This document shows positions 17,495 to 34,846 of a stretch of 64,000 bases of DNA, one piece after another; the stretch's first letter is position 1; each line of letters begins with the position of its first letter. The DNA lies in NCBI RefSeq assembly GCF_009914755.1, contig NC_060927.1. One strand, given 5' to 3'. The position numbers were made by a program, and so were the translations under genes. The stretch comes from the human T2T-CHM13v2.0 reference genome, Homo sapiens. The notes under the pieces are model-generated. The model had not been told where the DNA came from, searched no databases, and was given only the letters and a program-made list of their open reading frames with translations.

Positions 17495-19889
17495 GAGACC
17501 TCTAAAGCTCTTTTGGATCAAGTGGGGGAAAGCCTTAACCTAACCAGTGAAGGTAACAATAAACACCAGTAAATATTTGAATCCCCTACATAGAGGCATT
17601 TAAATAAAGTCTAGTTGCCAGACTTCACCCAGATAGGCTCCTTTATGTTGGACAGGTTTAACTAGAGGTGGGGGCAATGGCTGGCTGCTTGGGTTATTTT
17701 GGGCATAGAGCTTTCAGGCTGAAGTCATCTGTTTTAGTGTCTTGAAAAATTTTCCCATAAATAAATAAGATATCAACTGAAATAAAGAATCCCTTCCCAA
17801 ATGAGTGGAATTATGAAAATGCTTAACTATTTTACACTGATTGGCACTTGGCATTAGTAATTTGTTATCATTAACCAGCCAGAGGGGTCCTGGGCCAAAT
17901 CGTGATCCCTGGCCCATTTTCGTTCTTCCTTGGAGTACACTGGCTCGGCTATGTCTGGGGCTGTGGGCACTAGGATGCCCATAAGCGTTAACTGGCTCTT
18001 TTAGTGCAGTGGCCTTGGCCCCCACATCTGCAAGGGCATTTCATTTAATAATATCATCAAAATGTGCTCTGCAATGAATTACAGCCATTTCTTTTGGCAG
18101 TAAAACAGCATCTAACAAGCTCAAAATATCTGAGTGATGTTTTCTGGGGGAGTCCTTAGCAGTGAGAAGTCCCCACTCTTTCCAAATGTCGGCATGACCA
18201 TGAAGCATTAAAAAGGCATGCTTGGAATCATCAGAAATGTTAATTTTTACATCCTTTTCCAATTGCAGGGCCCTAGTAAGAGCAATTAGCTCAGCTTCCA
18301 TCTGTAAACCATTCTGTCTCAGGATTGTTAAGAGGCTCATCTCTTAAGTTTGGCCTGCTAGAATAAATTTGCTCCATAACCTGTATGCAGGAATGGTTTA
18401 GAGCGTCTGTGGACTCTGGCAGACAAGCAGCTGGGTTTACTTGGAGAACTTCAAGAATTATGTCTGGTGTGTCTAACAGTAAGGCCTGATGCTTTAATAA
18501 ACATCCTCCCATCATCCACTGGTGCCCTTTAGCTTCTAGGACCCCCTGGACTTGGTGTGTGGTCAAAACCTCCAGGTGCTGTCCTAATGTTAGCGTATTA
18601 GCTTCATCTACCAGAAGAGCAGTAGCTGCAACAGCCCAAAGGCATCCAGGCCATGCAGAAGCCACATGGTCGAGTTGCTTAGAAAAATAGGCTACTGGCT
18701 GTGGAATATTCCCCAATTTTTGGACAAGAACATCCAAGACCATACCTTGCTTTTTGGCCACATAAAGGAAAAATGGCTTATCCAAGTTGGGGATTCCTAA
18801 GGCTGGAGCAGAGCCCAATTTCGCTTTGACAGTATTGAAGTTTTGTCTGCTATTCTCATTCCAATCAAAGCGTTTTAAATCTGTCCTTTATAGAACCTCA
18901 CATACAGACTTGAAATGTTTGCCCAAATCCAGGCACCCATAAATGGCAGAACCCAGCCATCCCTAAAAAGGCCCACATAGGTTTCTTGGTATGGGGCTCT
19001 TGAATGAGCTTCCTTCCATTCTGAGGCTATTGCTTGGGTACCAGACGTTAAGATGCAACCCAAATTGATTCTGGAGGAGTGTTATAAATAATAAAGAGAG
19101 AAACAAATAGTAAATAATAAAAAAATTTATAAAAAAGATATATTCAAAATATTTGACTTTCTGAGTAGAAATCTGAGCCTTGTGTGGTGACACCCTATAT
19201 CCAGTAGTTCCTAGGAAATTTAGCAATTTAACGGTAGTATTATCTGAGTTCTCTTTAGTTGGGCTAGCAATGAGCAAATCATCGACATACTAGATAATTG
19301 TGCCCTTTTGCAGTTGTAGATTCTTCAAGTCCTTAGCTAGAGCATTTCCAGACAAGTGTGGGTTATCCCGCAACCCTTGAGGGAGAACTGTCCAGGTTAG
19401 TTGTGAGGTTGAATGAGTATCAGGATCATTCCTTTCAAAGTCAAACAGAGGTGTGGATCTGGATGCACTGGGTGCAGAAAAATGCATCCTTATCTTCCTT
19501 TTTTCTCTCCTCAGGGGAGAGGAACAAAAGTAACACTCGTTTGTTTTATGCTCTCTGAAGGTAACCATGCCTTGCAGCCGAATCAATAAATTCCTCCCCA
19601 GTAAGGGGTAGGGCATGCAGGTAGTACTAAAAAGCCATGCAAGAAAACCAGAGTCCCTGAAGGACAGCTTAAAGGATAAGGAAAGTGGCATTTCTGGGCT
19701 TGCCCATCAATGCCTGTACAGCTATAGAAGACAGGGCTCCATTATGCTGGGCCAGAACAAAGTAAAATGCTCCCATATTGAATAAGAAATTAATAATCTT
19801 ATCTGCCACTTCAAGAGTCACCTGAGTCTCCTCCAGAGGAATGGCTAATTGTCCAACAGGAAATAAGGTGTGAAGTCTTGGGCTGGTGT

Positions 19890-22800
19890 CACTCTTAGGT
19901 CTGCTGGGCCATTATGGGTTCAGGAGCCGATTCTTGGGAACACAGGGCATTCCCTCTTCCAGTGACCAACCTTCTTACAGAAAACACATTGGTTTACACC
20001 CAGGACACAGTGGCCCAGGGCACAGTGGCTCGGAGGCCCAGAATGGGGCTTTCTGCCTGCTAGCTTCCTCTGGTAGGGCTTGGGGGATAAGGGGCTGGCT
20101 CTGAAGGGGTGGAGAGCTCAAGGCTGCAGCTAAAAGCTGGGCCTTTGGGAGGTTTGCTTTACTTTCTCTGCCTCCTCTGCCCTATCTTGGCCATTGAAAA
20201 TTGCAAAAGTCATGTCTAAAAGCTGATTTATGGAAGTCCAGGGGCCTAAGTTTGCTTTTGTAGCTTCCTGCAGATATCAGGAGCAGACTGGATTATGAAA
20301 TGAACTCCTGGCAATGCCTGTCCCTCCTTGGAGTCAGGGTCAGTGTTAGTATATTTCCTCAAGGCCTCAATTAACTGCCCTTGGAACAAGGTTGGGTTTT
20401 CATCCTTTCCCTGAGTAATTTCCCTGACTTTATCATAATTAACAGGCTTTATCACAAATCTTCTCATTGCTTCAAGGAGGCAAATAATCATATGGTTTCT
20501 CCTCTCTAGGTTCTTACTTCCTTTTTTTGTTGTTTTTTTCCTCAAGACGGAGTCTTACTCTGTTGCCCAGGCTGGGGTGCAGTGGCAAGATCTTGGCTCA
20601 CTGCAACCTCCGCCTCCCAGATTCAGGTGAGTTCTCCTGGCTCAGCTTCCCAAGCAGTTGGGACCACAAGCACATGCCACCACATACGGCTAATTTTTGT
20701 GTTTTTAGTAGAGACAGGGTTTCACCACATTGTCCAGGCTGGTCTCAAACTCCTGACCTCAAGTGATCTGCCAACCTTGGCTGCCCAAACTTACTTCCTC
20801 TTAATAACTCCAATTTAGGTCCCAGTCAGGAACTGCTGTACCTCCTACTGGATAGATGTCATGCCCCTGGTTGCAGGCTGCCACTCCATCTGCATATGCT
20901 TTAACAGCTCCCATAATATGCTGCTTTTCTTCTTCTGTGAAGCAGGTAGACAGATGTATATGCAAATCTTGCCAGGTTAAATCATATGTTGAAGGGGTGG
21001 CCTGCCCCTCCACACCTGTGGGTATTTCTAGTCGGGTGGGACGAGAGACTGAGAAAAGAAATAAGACACAGAGACAAAGTATAGAGAAACAACAGTGGGC
21101 CCAGGGGACCAGCGCTTAGCATACCAAGGACCTGCACCGGCACCGGTCTCTGAGTTCCCTCAGTTTTTACTGATTATTATCTTCATTATTTCAGCAAAAA
21201 GGAATGTAGTAGGAGGGCAAGGTGATAATAAGGAGAAGGTCAGCAACAAACATGTGAGCAATAGAATCTATGTCATAATGAAGTTCAAGGGATGGTACTA
21301 TACCTGGATGTGCACGTAGGCCAGATTTATGTTTCTCTCCACCCAAACATCTCAGCGGAGTAAAGAATAACAAGGCAGCATTGCTGTAAACATGTCTTGA
21401 CTCCCACCATAGGGTGGTTTTTCTCTGATCTCAGAATTGAACAAATGTACAATCAGGTTTTATACCGAGACATTCAGTTCCCAGGGGCAGGCAGGAGACA
21501 GTGGCCTTCCTCTATCTCAACTGCAAGGGGCTTTCCTCTTTTACTAATCCACCTCAGCACAGACCCTTTACGGGTGTCAGGCTTTCTCATCCCACGAGGC
21601 CATATTTCAGACTATCACATGGGGAGAAACCTTGGACAATACCCCGCTTTCAAGGGCAGAGGTCCCTGCGGCTTTCCGCAGTGCATCGTGCCTCTGGTTT
21701 ATTGAGACTAGAGAATGGCGATGACCTTTACCAAGTATACTGCTTGTAAACATTTTGTTAACAAGGCACGTCCTGCACAGCCCTAGATCCCTTAAACCTT
21801 GATTTTATACAACACATGTTTTTGTGAGCTCCAGGTTGGGGCAAAGTGGCTGGGGCAAAGCTACAAATTAACAACATCTCAGCAAAGCAATTGTTTAAAG
21901 TACAGGTCTTTTTCAAAATGGAGTCTCTTATGTCTTCCCTTTCTACATAGACACAGTAACAGTCTGATCTCTCTTTCTTTTCCCTACAATATGTCAATGT
22001 TAGTCTCTCAAATTCATCTATGAATTTTCCTAGACCCTCTAAAAACCAGCTGAATTTTTCCTGGCATAAGGCTGTCAGGCACAGAAAAGGGTACATGTAC
22101 CCATAGAGTGCCCCTGTCACCATCTGCCAGCTCCTGAAGACAGCAAAGAGTCAACTTCGACGGCTGGTAAGAGGCCCCACTAAGAGTGGTGCTGGTGAAG
22201 CTAGGCTCTTTGGGGAACGAATGTAAGACAGGGCTTGAAGGGTAAGGAGGAGGTGATGGCAGGACATCGGACAACCCCAAATAACTAGGAGGGGTTAATA
22301 ATACTTTGGACACTTCTGGGGAACTAGGAGTCTGACTTTGTTCCTCCGGAGCACTTGAACTTACAGTGGGGAGTCTGGAACCAGCTGGGGGAAGCCTGGG
22401 ATTAGGAGGCACTTGCATAAGTGGTCATGAATTATGTCTAGTCCTTCATTTTTCTCTCCTTCTATCAAACATATACAAGCGTATTTTAAATCCTTATCCT
22501 GACTAACCATTAGGAAGGCCTGCACATAGAGTATTTCTCCACACTTAGTTTCCCTTCTACAAAACAAATCAAGCCGAAGTATAGTGTTAGGGGCCGCTGT
22601 AACACCTGAGGTCCACCTTTCTGGTCCTCTCAAAGGATATTGGGGCCAGTGTTATATTAAAAAAAAATTTCTCAGCCGGGCGCGGTGGCTCACACCTGTA
22701 ATCCCAGCACTTTGGGAGGCCGAGGCTGGCAGATCACGAGGTCAGTGGATTGAGGCCATCCTGGCTAACACAGTGAAACCCCGTCTCTACTAAAAATACA

Positions 22801-23072
22801 AAAAAATTAGCCAGGCATGGTGGCGGGTGCCTGCAGTCCCAGCTACTCGGGAGGCTGAGGGGGGAGAATGGCGAGAACCCGGGAGGCGGAGCTTTCAGTG
22901 AGCCGAGATCCAGCCACCGCACTCCAGCCTGGGCGACAGAGCAAGACTCCGTCTCAGAAAAAAAAAAAAAAAAAAATTCTCTTAAGCCCATCCAGTTTAA
23001 ACCTTCCCTTCCCTAATAGGTTAAAATGCACCCTAACAGTGAGCTCTTCAGGATAGGTACTGCGTTCTCCAC
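19890..23072 (-). pseudogene. ERV gag remnant
   Basis: MA-like [54 protein letters not shown], intact NC zinc knuckle CVFCKKVGHWKREC (~19948-19989); split by LTR5 and Alus. Confidence 0.88.
20990..21988 (-). mobile_element. HERV-K(HML-2) solo LTR (LTR5A/LTR5B-like)
   Basis: On - strand begins TGTAGGGAAAAGAAAGAGAGATCAGACTGTTACTG and ends GGCCACCCCTTCA; 999 bp; perfect 6-bp TSD ATATGT (20984-20989, 21989-21994). Confidence 0.93.
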
Positions 23073-23737
23073 CAGGACTGAAGGTGCTGAATACCACTCC
23101 TTGTCCGCAAGATTGTACTGCCTCCAGCCGAGCTCCACTGAAAGGGACAAGATAATTCTTAGTGCCAATTTGGCCAAGGGAGGAACTACTGGAGCCAGTA
23201 GGGTCCCCTTGTTCATATCAGATAATAAGAACAAGTAAGCAGACCCATGGTCGCCTGAGGCAATGCCACAAGGAACCCAGCGAAAAAAAGATGTTGAACC
23301 AAACAAGGGAAGTGGGCAAGCTGTAACTTGGGATCCCCTGACAAAACTATTTCAGGGCAAAAATGACATTCTGGGTCTAGAAAGCGGGGCCCGGCTGTCC
23401 GTGACCAGCCAATGAAAGATGATCTTCTGATTAATAGACAAGAGAAAACTGTTAAGAAAAAGTCTCCTGTCCTCCATTCTGGGGCTAATTTTTTGCAAGG
23501 AAAGTCATAAAAGAGGCTTTTTTCTTAAAGGGCGTTTCTAATCTTGTCACATATGGCTGTTAAATACCACACTTTAACTTGTAACTGCAGTAATGGAGAA
23601 GTTATTGCCCATCTCTTCCAATAATTAAGGTACAAAAAGACTAGATCCTGAGTGACTTCTTGTTTCCAGTGTCCCTCAGACAAGTGGCGAATTAAGTCAG
23701 AGGAGAGGCAAGGAAAGTAAAAGCTAAACTGTTTGGT

Positions 23738-24345
<608 letters not shown>

Positions 24346-24732
24346 AGAAAATGCTAAACTGTTTGGGCCATCCTTCCCGTGGCAGCCTCAGGGGTTCTGT
24401 GAAACAAAGGCAGCAAGCCGACAGGAGACAAGAAGCAGGACGCTCAGGCCAGCAACAGAAAGCACAAGGTGGATTACTCCCAAGGAGTTAGTGGCAAACA
24501 TCTCATAGGGCCAAATCCGTTTTCCAAATAAACCCTGGGGCTTCTAACTCCTTGGGCCCTGGGCCTCAAACTCAAGTAGCAGTGGACAAGCATCCTTGTC
24601 CCCTGGAATAGCTTAATGACTCTAAAATGAGCCCCACTTACCCAAAGTCAGCCAACTGATGCTGCGCAGACTGTTTTCCTTCCGAGTGGGAGTCTCTTCT
24701 TATTGTCCATCCATACAAGGACACCAGAAGGA

Positions 24733-25865
<1,133 letters not shown>

Positions 25866-26779
25866 TAATCACTTCTCTAAGGCCCCACAGCCAGACACCC
25901 TCACACTGGGAATTAGACTTCCACATATGAATTTGGGGGTCGATACAAACATTCAGATCATAGCACAGTCCAACCCTCTCAGCCACCCTGCTCTGTTCCT
26001 CTCCTTCTCTGGCTTTAACACCTTTGTTTATCTTCTGCTGGGCCCTGACCCTGTTTGATGCTCCTGCTTGCGATTTCTCACCTGCCCCCTGACTAGGGCT
26101 ATTAGGAGTATAGAGCACTCTGCCGTGATTCCTCTTTCACACTCAGTAGCCCCAGTGGGGTCCAGAACAAGGGTTCTCATTTATTAATGTGCGTAAGAAT
26201 CAGATGGGGAGTGTGTTAAGCATGTAAATTCCAGGAGTCCATCATTCCCTCAGGTCCAGGGGTACAGCCAGCATCTGTAGCAGTGGAACTTTTTGTGAAG
26301 ATGGGAATGTTCTATTCTGTGTTGTCCTAAAGAGGAGCTACTAGCCACAAATGGCGATTGAGCACTTGAAATGTGGCTAACGTGACTGAGAAACTGAATT
26401 ATTCATTTTATTGCATTTTGATTAAATTTAAATAGCCACATGTGGCTTGTGACTTTCATATTGACCAGTGCAGATCTATAGGTTTAGCAAGCATCACAGC
26501 TGACTCTGATGAACAATAGTGTTTAAGACTCTAACAAGCCGTCCAGGTGATCCTTATGCTCACTTACTGGCAAGTAGTAGTAGGTAATCAACAAATGTTT
26601 GTTGAGTGGGTGAATGAGTGGAGGAACTAATAAATGAATGAACCAGACTATAATTTCCTTGTGGTTTAAGGCTGTCTCTCCTGAAAAAGAAAATGTGGGG
26701 GACTGTTCCAGATTAAAGAGGCTAAAAAGACTTGGCAATCGAATGGAACAAATTGACATTAAAAGGATCCTTGTTCAAA

Positions 26780-28085
<1,306 letters not shown>

Positions 28086-28242
28086 AAAAATAACTATACT
28101 AGACATTTTGGAGACAACTGGAGAAATGTGACTATAGGCATTTTACATGATATTAGAAAAGTATTTTTAGTTTTCTTAGGTGAGACAATATTATTATAAG
28201 TCTTTATTCTTAGGAAGTACAAGCTGAAGTACTTAGGGATAA

Positions 28243-28413
<171 letters not shown>

Positions 28414-30440
28414 TGAGATTACAGGCATATGCCACAGTGCCCGGTTAATTTTTTTTTTTTTTTTAATTTTAGTAGAGATGGGGTTTCACCATGTTGACTA
28501 GTCTGGCCTTGAACTCCTGATGTCAGGTGATCCACCCGCTTGGGCCTCCCAAAGTGTTGGGGTTATAGGCTTGAGCCACCGCGCCTGGCTGGCAACTTAT
28601 TTTCAAGTGGCTCAGCCAAAACTGTGTGTGTGTGTGTATGTGTGTGTGTGCGTGTGTGGTTGGAGGGCGGGGAGAGATTGAGAGAGAGACAGAGAGGAGA
28701 GAAAGAAAGGACACAAAAATGGTAAAATGTTAGCAATTGTTGAATCTAGATAAAGTATATTTTGGTGTTCATTGTATGTATTCCTTCACCTTTTCTGTAT
28801 ATTTGAAATGTCTTTTTTTTTTTTTTAAGTTGGGGGAAATTTTACCCACAATGAATTGGCAAATTCTAAAGTAAAGTAAAATGGTTTTTTGTTTGTTTGT
28901 TTGTTTTTGAGACAGGGTCTTACTCTCTCACCCAGGCTGGAGTGCAGTGGTGTCATTACAGCTCACTGCAGCCTTGACCTCTCAGGCTCAAGCGATCCTC
29001 CCACGTCAGTGTCACTCTCAAGTAGCTGGGACCATAGGCGTGCACCACCATGCCCCGCTAATTTTTTAACTGTTTTTTTTTTTAGTAGATACAGGGTATC
29101 GCTATGTTTCTCAGACTGGTCTTGAACTCCTGGGCTCAAGCAATCAACCTACCTCAGCCTCACAAAGTGCTGAGATTACAGGTGTGAGCCATTGCGCCTG
29201 GCCAAATTTTAAACTTATGGATCTTCTGACATTTGGATGCTAACCTCCCCACTCCATCACAGACTAACACTGTGCTGAAATTATGTTACAAATTCTGTAG
29301 ACCAGATATTGCAAACTGGCAACCTACAGATCCTATCTGGCCAGCATTCACATTTTTCCTTGGCTCAAATAGTGTTGTTTTAAATTAAGTTAGTTGTTAA
29401 CATTTAAAATTCAGAGTATTTTTATTTCGATATATTATGTAGTAAAATATTTTGCATTGTGATGAAATATAAAATACTACTTTATAATAGCAAACATGTA
29501 TAGATCACTGCCTGTGAAACAAGCACTGTTCTAAGAGTTTCATGTATATTTAGGTCATTTACTCCTTACAGCAGCATTATGGGATAGGTACTATTATTAT
29601 CCTCTCTCTACAGATGGGGAAACTGATGAGCGAAGAAGTGAAGTAAATTTCCCAAAGTCTCACAGCCACTGACTTGTAGCTCCAGGGTGGAAACCTGTGC
29701 AGTCTGCCTTCTAACCACTAAACCATATCACAGCTCACAAAAGTCCGCATCCCCACTGTCTCTGGAAAAACCAGGTCTGGCAACACATTCCCACATGGCA
29801 TCAATTAACCAGGGCTGAGAAATTTCATTTCCCTGAAGACAGGGCATTTTCTCTTTCACTTGCCAGAGTCTCCATTCAGTCAACTTCTGGGACCTTTGGG
29901 GTTTTGACCCCTGCTCTAGCACAGCTGAATATACCAGGGGAAATGGCATGTTACAGATATTTCACAGACACCTATACACTGCCCCAGACAAAGTTAGATC
30001 TCAGACTAACCTCTAAGTGGACAGGAAGCCCCAGTGGAAGAGAAGATTAGAAGGTAACCTAGGCCAGATTGTGGGTAGCAGAGTGTTTAGGATGCCAGGA
30101 TAATTGTCAGCAGACAATGGAGAAAGTTATAGGAAGCAGAAGTTAACATCCCATGATTGGTAATATGCCCTATCAGAGGGCAGCGGGGGTCAGTGAAAAT
30201 AACATGGGCCAGCATGGCCTGGATTACAAAGCTGATTCCATCACTTAGCAGCTGTGTGACCTTGGACAAGTTACTTACCTTCAAGCTTCTGTTTCCTTGA
30301 CTCAAACATGGAGATAAAGACACCTCCAGGATGGTGGAAGGAATTAAATGAGATAGTGTGTGAAGTCTCTTTAGCCTCTATTAATATAGGTAACCTAACT
30401 GCTTTTCTTACTAATTATTTATATTCATATTTTCCCGTAG

Positions 30441-30473
30441 AGCTAAGAAGCAAGAAGAAATTGGGGCGCCATG
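30441..30473 (+). CDS. FBXO40: FBXO40 exon 2 (30 nt UTR; only ATG 30471-30473 is coding)
   Basis: Acceptor tttcccgtAG|, ends GCC ATG|GTAAGC; supplies the Met missing from exon 3 and gives a strong Kozak GCCATGG after splicing. Confidence 0.9.
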
Positions 30474-31327
30474 GTAAGCACCAGGAGCTTATTGAAGCTT
30501 CACCATTGAGAGGTCCAGGTCTTCCTTCATTTATCCTGTAGCCCAAGCAGCTAGCAGACTTGCTCTTATGGTTTGATGATATTTATCAACTTTTTTCCAA
30601 ACTAGAGATGCTGAACAGAACTTGGAAGAAATTGACACAGAGTAAGGGGAAAACAGTTGAGAAGGATTTTTGAGCAAAGAGTTTAAGTGAAAATTTAAAT
30701 AAAATAGTCAAAAAGCCAGCAATAATCTAAATGGCTAGCAATTCCTTCATTCAGCAAGCATTGAATACCCACAAAGGTCCAGGTCCCATGCTAGATGCTA
30801 GGGACATAAATGCGAGCAAAACCAGACATGGCTGCTGTCCTCCCAGCCCGCACTCTGGTGGTAGTTGATTAAATGATAGCACACCCATATTCCGGAATGT
30901 TACACTGCCATTATGAAGAAAGTTTGTAAAGAATAACTAATAAAACAATCTAGTTTCATGTTCTAATAGCAAGATAAAAAGCAGGATGAAAAGTTGTATT
31001 CATAGTATTATCCATATGATATAAATAACCTGTAATCCACAACTCAAAAATAACAATTGTCAAGAGTGTAGTCCATTATATTCAATTCTTTTTTTCCTAT
31101 TCTAAACACATCTACTACATATATATAATAAACTATTGGAAAATTCTAAAAAGTACTTATAGTTGTTATTTCTGGATTGTGGGATTGTGATATTCCATAT
31201 ATTTCAAGGTTTCTACAAAAAGCAGGTATAAACAGGAAATATGTCAATTAAAACACAGTCATAGACATGCATAGAGCTTCTCCTCAGTATTCATTTGTTT
31301 TCTTCCCCCTGTCCTTGGTGTGTCCAG

Positions 31328-33238
31328 GGGAAAGCCCGCAGATCCCCGCCAGGGCACCACAGGCATTGTGAGGGATGCTTCAACCGCCACTGCCACATTC
31401 CTGTGGAACCCAACACCTCCTGCCTGGTAATAAGCTGCCACCTGCTCTGTGGTGCCACCTTCCACATGTGCAAAGAGGCAGAGCACCAGCTCCTCTGCCC
31501 TTTAGAGCAGGTTCCGTGCCTCAACTCCGAATATGGCTGCCCTCTGTCCATGTCCCGCCACAAACTGGCCAAGCACCTGCAGGTGTGCCCCGCCAGCGTG
31601 GTCTGCTGCTCCATGGAGTGGAACCGCTGGCCAAATGTGGACTCTGAAACCACCCTTCATGAAAACATCATGAAAGAGACCCCCAGTGAGGAGTGTTTGG
31701 ACACAGCCCTGGCCCTGCAGGATCAGAAGGTCCTCTTCAGATCCTTGAAAATGGTGGAACTTTTCCCAGAAACTAGAGAGGCTACTGAGGAGGAACCAAC
31801 TATGAATGGTGAAACCAGTGTGGAGGAAATGGGAGGAGCAGTGGGTGGAGTGGATATCGGTTTGGTACCACATGGTCTGTCAGCAACTAATGGGGAGATG
31901 GCAGAGCTAAGTCAAGAAGAACGGGAGGTGCTAGCCAAAACCAAAGAAGGGATGGACCTGGTCAAGTTTGGCCAGTGGGAAAATATTTTCAGCAAAGAGC
32001 ACGCAGCCTCTGCTTTAACAAATTCATCAGCGAGCTGTGAGAGCAAGAACAAGAATGACTCCGAGAAAGAACAGATTTCCAGTGGCCATAACATGGTAGA
32101 AGGAGAGGGCGCTCCCAAAAAGAAAGAACCACAGGAAAATCAGAAGCAGCAGGACGTTCGTACAGCCATGGAAACCACAGGGCTTGCCCCTTGGCAGGAT
32201 GGTGTTCTGGAAAGACTGAAAACAGCTGTGGATGCAAAGGACTATAACATGTATCTAGTGCACAATGGGCGGATGCTGATACACTTTGGTCAGATGCCTG
32301 CTTGTACACCCAAGGAGAGAGACTTTGTTTATGGCAAGCTGGAGGCTCAGGAAGTTAAGACTGTTTACACCTTCAAAGTTCCTGTGAGCTACTGTGGAAA
32401 GCGAGCTCGACTTGGAGATGCCATGTTGAGTTGTAAGCCAAGTGAACACAAGGCAGTGGATACTTCAGATTTGGGGATCACTGTGGAGGACCTGCCCAAA
32501 TCAGATCTCATCAAGACCACCCTCCAGTGTGCTTTGGAAAGAGAACTCAAAGGCCACGTCATCTCTGAATCCAGAAGCATTGATGGACTGTTCATGGATT
32601 TTGCCACACAAACATACAACTTTGAGCCAGAACAGTTTTCCTCTGGGACAGTGCTGGCTGACCTAACCGCTGCCACCCCAGGGGGACTCCACGTGGAGCT
32701 CCACAGCGAGTGTGTGACCAGGAGACACAACAAAAGCAGCTCTGCCTTCACTTTCACTTGCAACAAATTCTTCAGGAGGGATGAGTTCCCCCTGCACTTC
32801 AAGAATGTCCACACAGACATTCAGTCATGTCTCAATGGCTGGTTCCAGCATCGATGCCCCCTCGCCTACTTGGGATGTACATTTGTTCAAAACCATTTCC
32901 GTCCCCCAGGGCAAAAGGCAAAAGTAATCTATAGCCAGGAGCTCAAGACCTTTGCCATTAAGCCGGAGGTTGCTCCAGAGCTGAGCGAGGGAAGGAAGAA
33001 CAACCATCTTTTGGGTCATGGAGGAAAAAGCCAGAATTCTTTAACCAGCCTGCCCCTGGAGATTTTGAAGTACATTGCTGGGTTCTTGGACAGCGTCAGC
33101 CTGGCCCAGCTCTCCCAGGTGTCTGTGCTGATGAGGAATATCTGTGCCACTTTGTTACAAGAGAGAGGAATGGTCCTTTTGCAATGGAAGAAAAAGAGGT
33201 ATTCCCATGGAGGCACCTCCTGGAGAGTCCACAGAGAG
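31328..33238 (+). CDS. FBXO40: FBXO40 exon 3 (637 codons): TRAF-type zinc fingers and F-box
   Basis: 656-aa ORF; acceptor gtccAG|GGG AAA; donor GAG|GTAAGT; Cys/His-rich N-terminus, F-box LTSLPLEILKYIAGFLDSVSLAQLSQVS. Confidence 0.97.
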
Positions 33239-33603
33239 GTAAGTAAACACTCATTTATTGATTGACTCATTCAGCAATTTTTTGTTTCATTTTTTATAGA
33301 CAGGTTCTCTCTCTGTTGCCCAGGCAAAAGTGCAGTGGTGCAATCACAGCCTTGAACTTCTGGGCTCAAGTGATCCTCTTGCCTCAGTCTTCCAAGTAGC
33401 TGGGACTACAGATGTGCATCACCACTTCTGACTAATTTTTAAATTGAGATGGGGTCTTACTGTGTTGTGCAGGCTGGTTTTGAACTCCTGACCTCAAGTG
33501 ATCCTCCCATATCAGCTTCCAAAAGTGCTGAAATTACAGGTGTGAGCCACTGTACCTGGCCTTAACAAATATTTTTAAAGGCCTTTTTTTTTTTTTTTTT
33601 TGA

Positions 33604-34145
<542 letters not shown>

Positions 34146-34338
34146 TAAAGTGCTGGGATTATAGGTATGAGCCACTGCGCCCGGCCTTAAAGAGCTTTTT
34201 ATGTGCCAAGCAGGGTACTAGGCATGGGAACAGTTGCTGAGAATAAGACTGACTCAAGGAGGTCAGTTTAGTAGAAAAGACAGACCTATAAATACATAAA
34301 TAGCAATCCGGAGGGTAGTGCCTGTTCATCTGTGTATG

Positions 34339-34846
34339 TGTGCTGAATATCTTCTGTTTGCTCTCAAGACCCATTCTCCATCCTTCTCCACCCTGTCTGT
34401 CCCCCAGGAGGCTGCCTGGACAGATTGCCTCAGCTGGCTCCCTTACCCTCCATCTTCCAGTGGGGCTAACGTAAATGGAGCGTGTCAGCAGGAGATGGGA
34501 GGAAGGGAAGAATGACGTTGAAGTATCTATTCTCCTGGCTTCCCCCCTGAATGGTTCCTCCCCTTTGTGACACTTTGAGCAGGTGCTGTCCCTCCACTGA
34601 AGGTGCCTTTATCAGGCGGCTCTCTACACAAAATTACTCACTGTGGGATCCAACGACCTTCCTTCTTCTCCTTCAGGCCCAGGGCATAACTCTCTAGGTA
34701 GCTACTCACCCTGGATACTACACTGTATCTCGTGGCTTTCCTATACCCTGCTCTCGTGTCTGTAAATCATTCCTTTAAAAAAAAATCTCTTCAAATTACC
34801 CGGTCTGAGAGTGCCGCCTGTTCCCAGCTGTGACTCTGATTGATAC
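34339..34846. mobile_element. ERVL-type solo LTR (LTR33/LTR16-like)
   Basis: TG...tctgtttgctctcaagacccattctccatccttctccaccctg...gactctgattgataCA resembles recalled LTR33 consensus. Confidence 0.55.

Noticed and set aside
18291-18818. 175-aa pol ORF as possible domesticated gene
   Set aside because: Fragment of RT/RNase H tether among stops and frameshifts; no intact domain
31295-31327. N-terminal MFSSPCPWCVQ and C-terminal VSKHSFID of the 656-aa ORF
   Set aside because: Intronic run-on past the acceptor (31327) and donor (33239); the track start is TTG, and the real ATG is in exon 2
31259-33270. Several antisense ORFs over FBXO40 exon 3
   Set aside because: Expected shadows of a long coding exon
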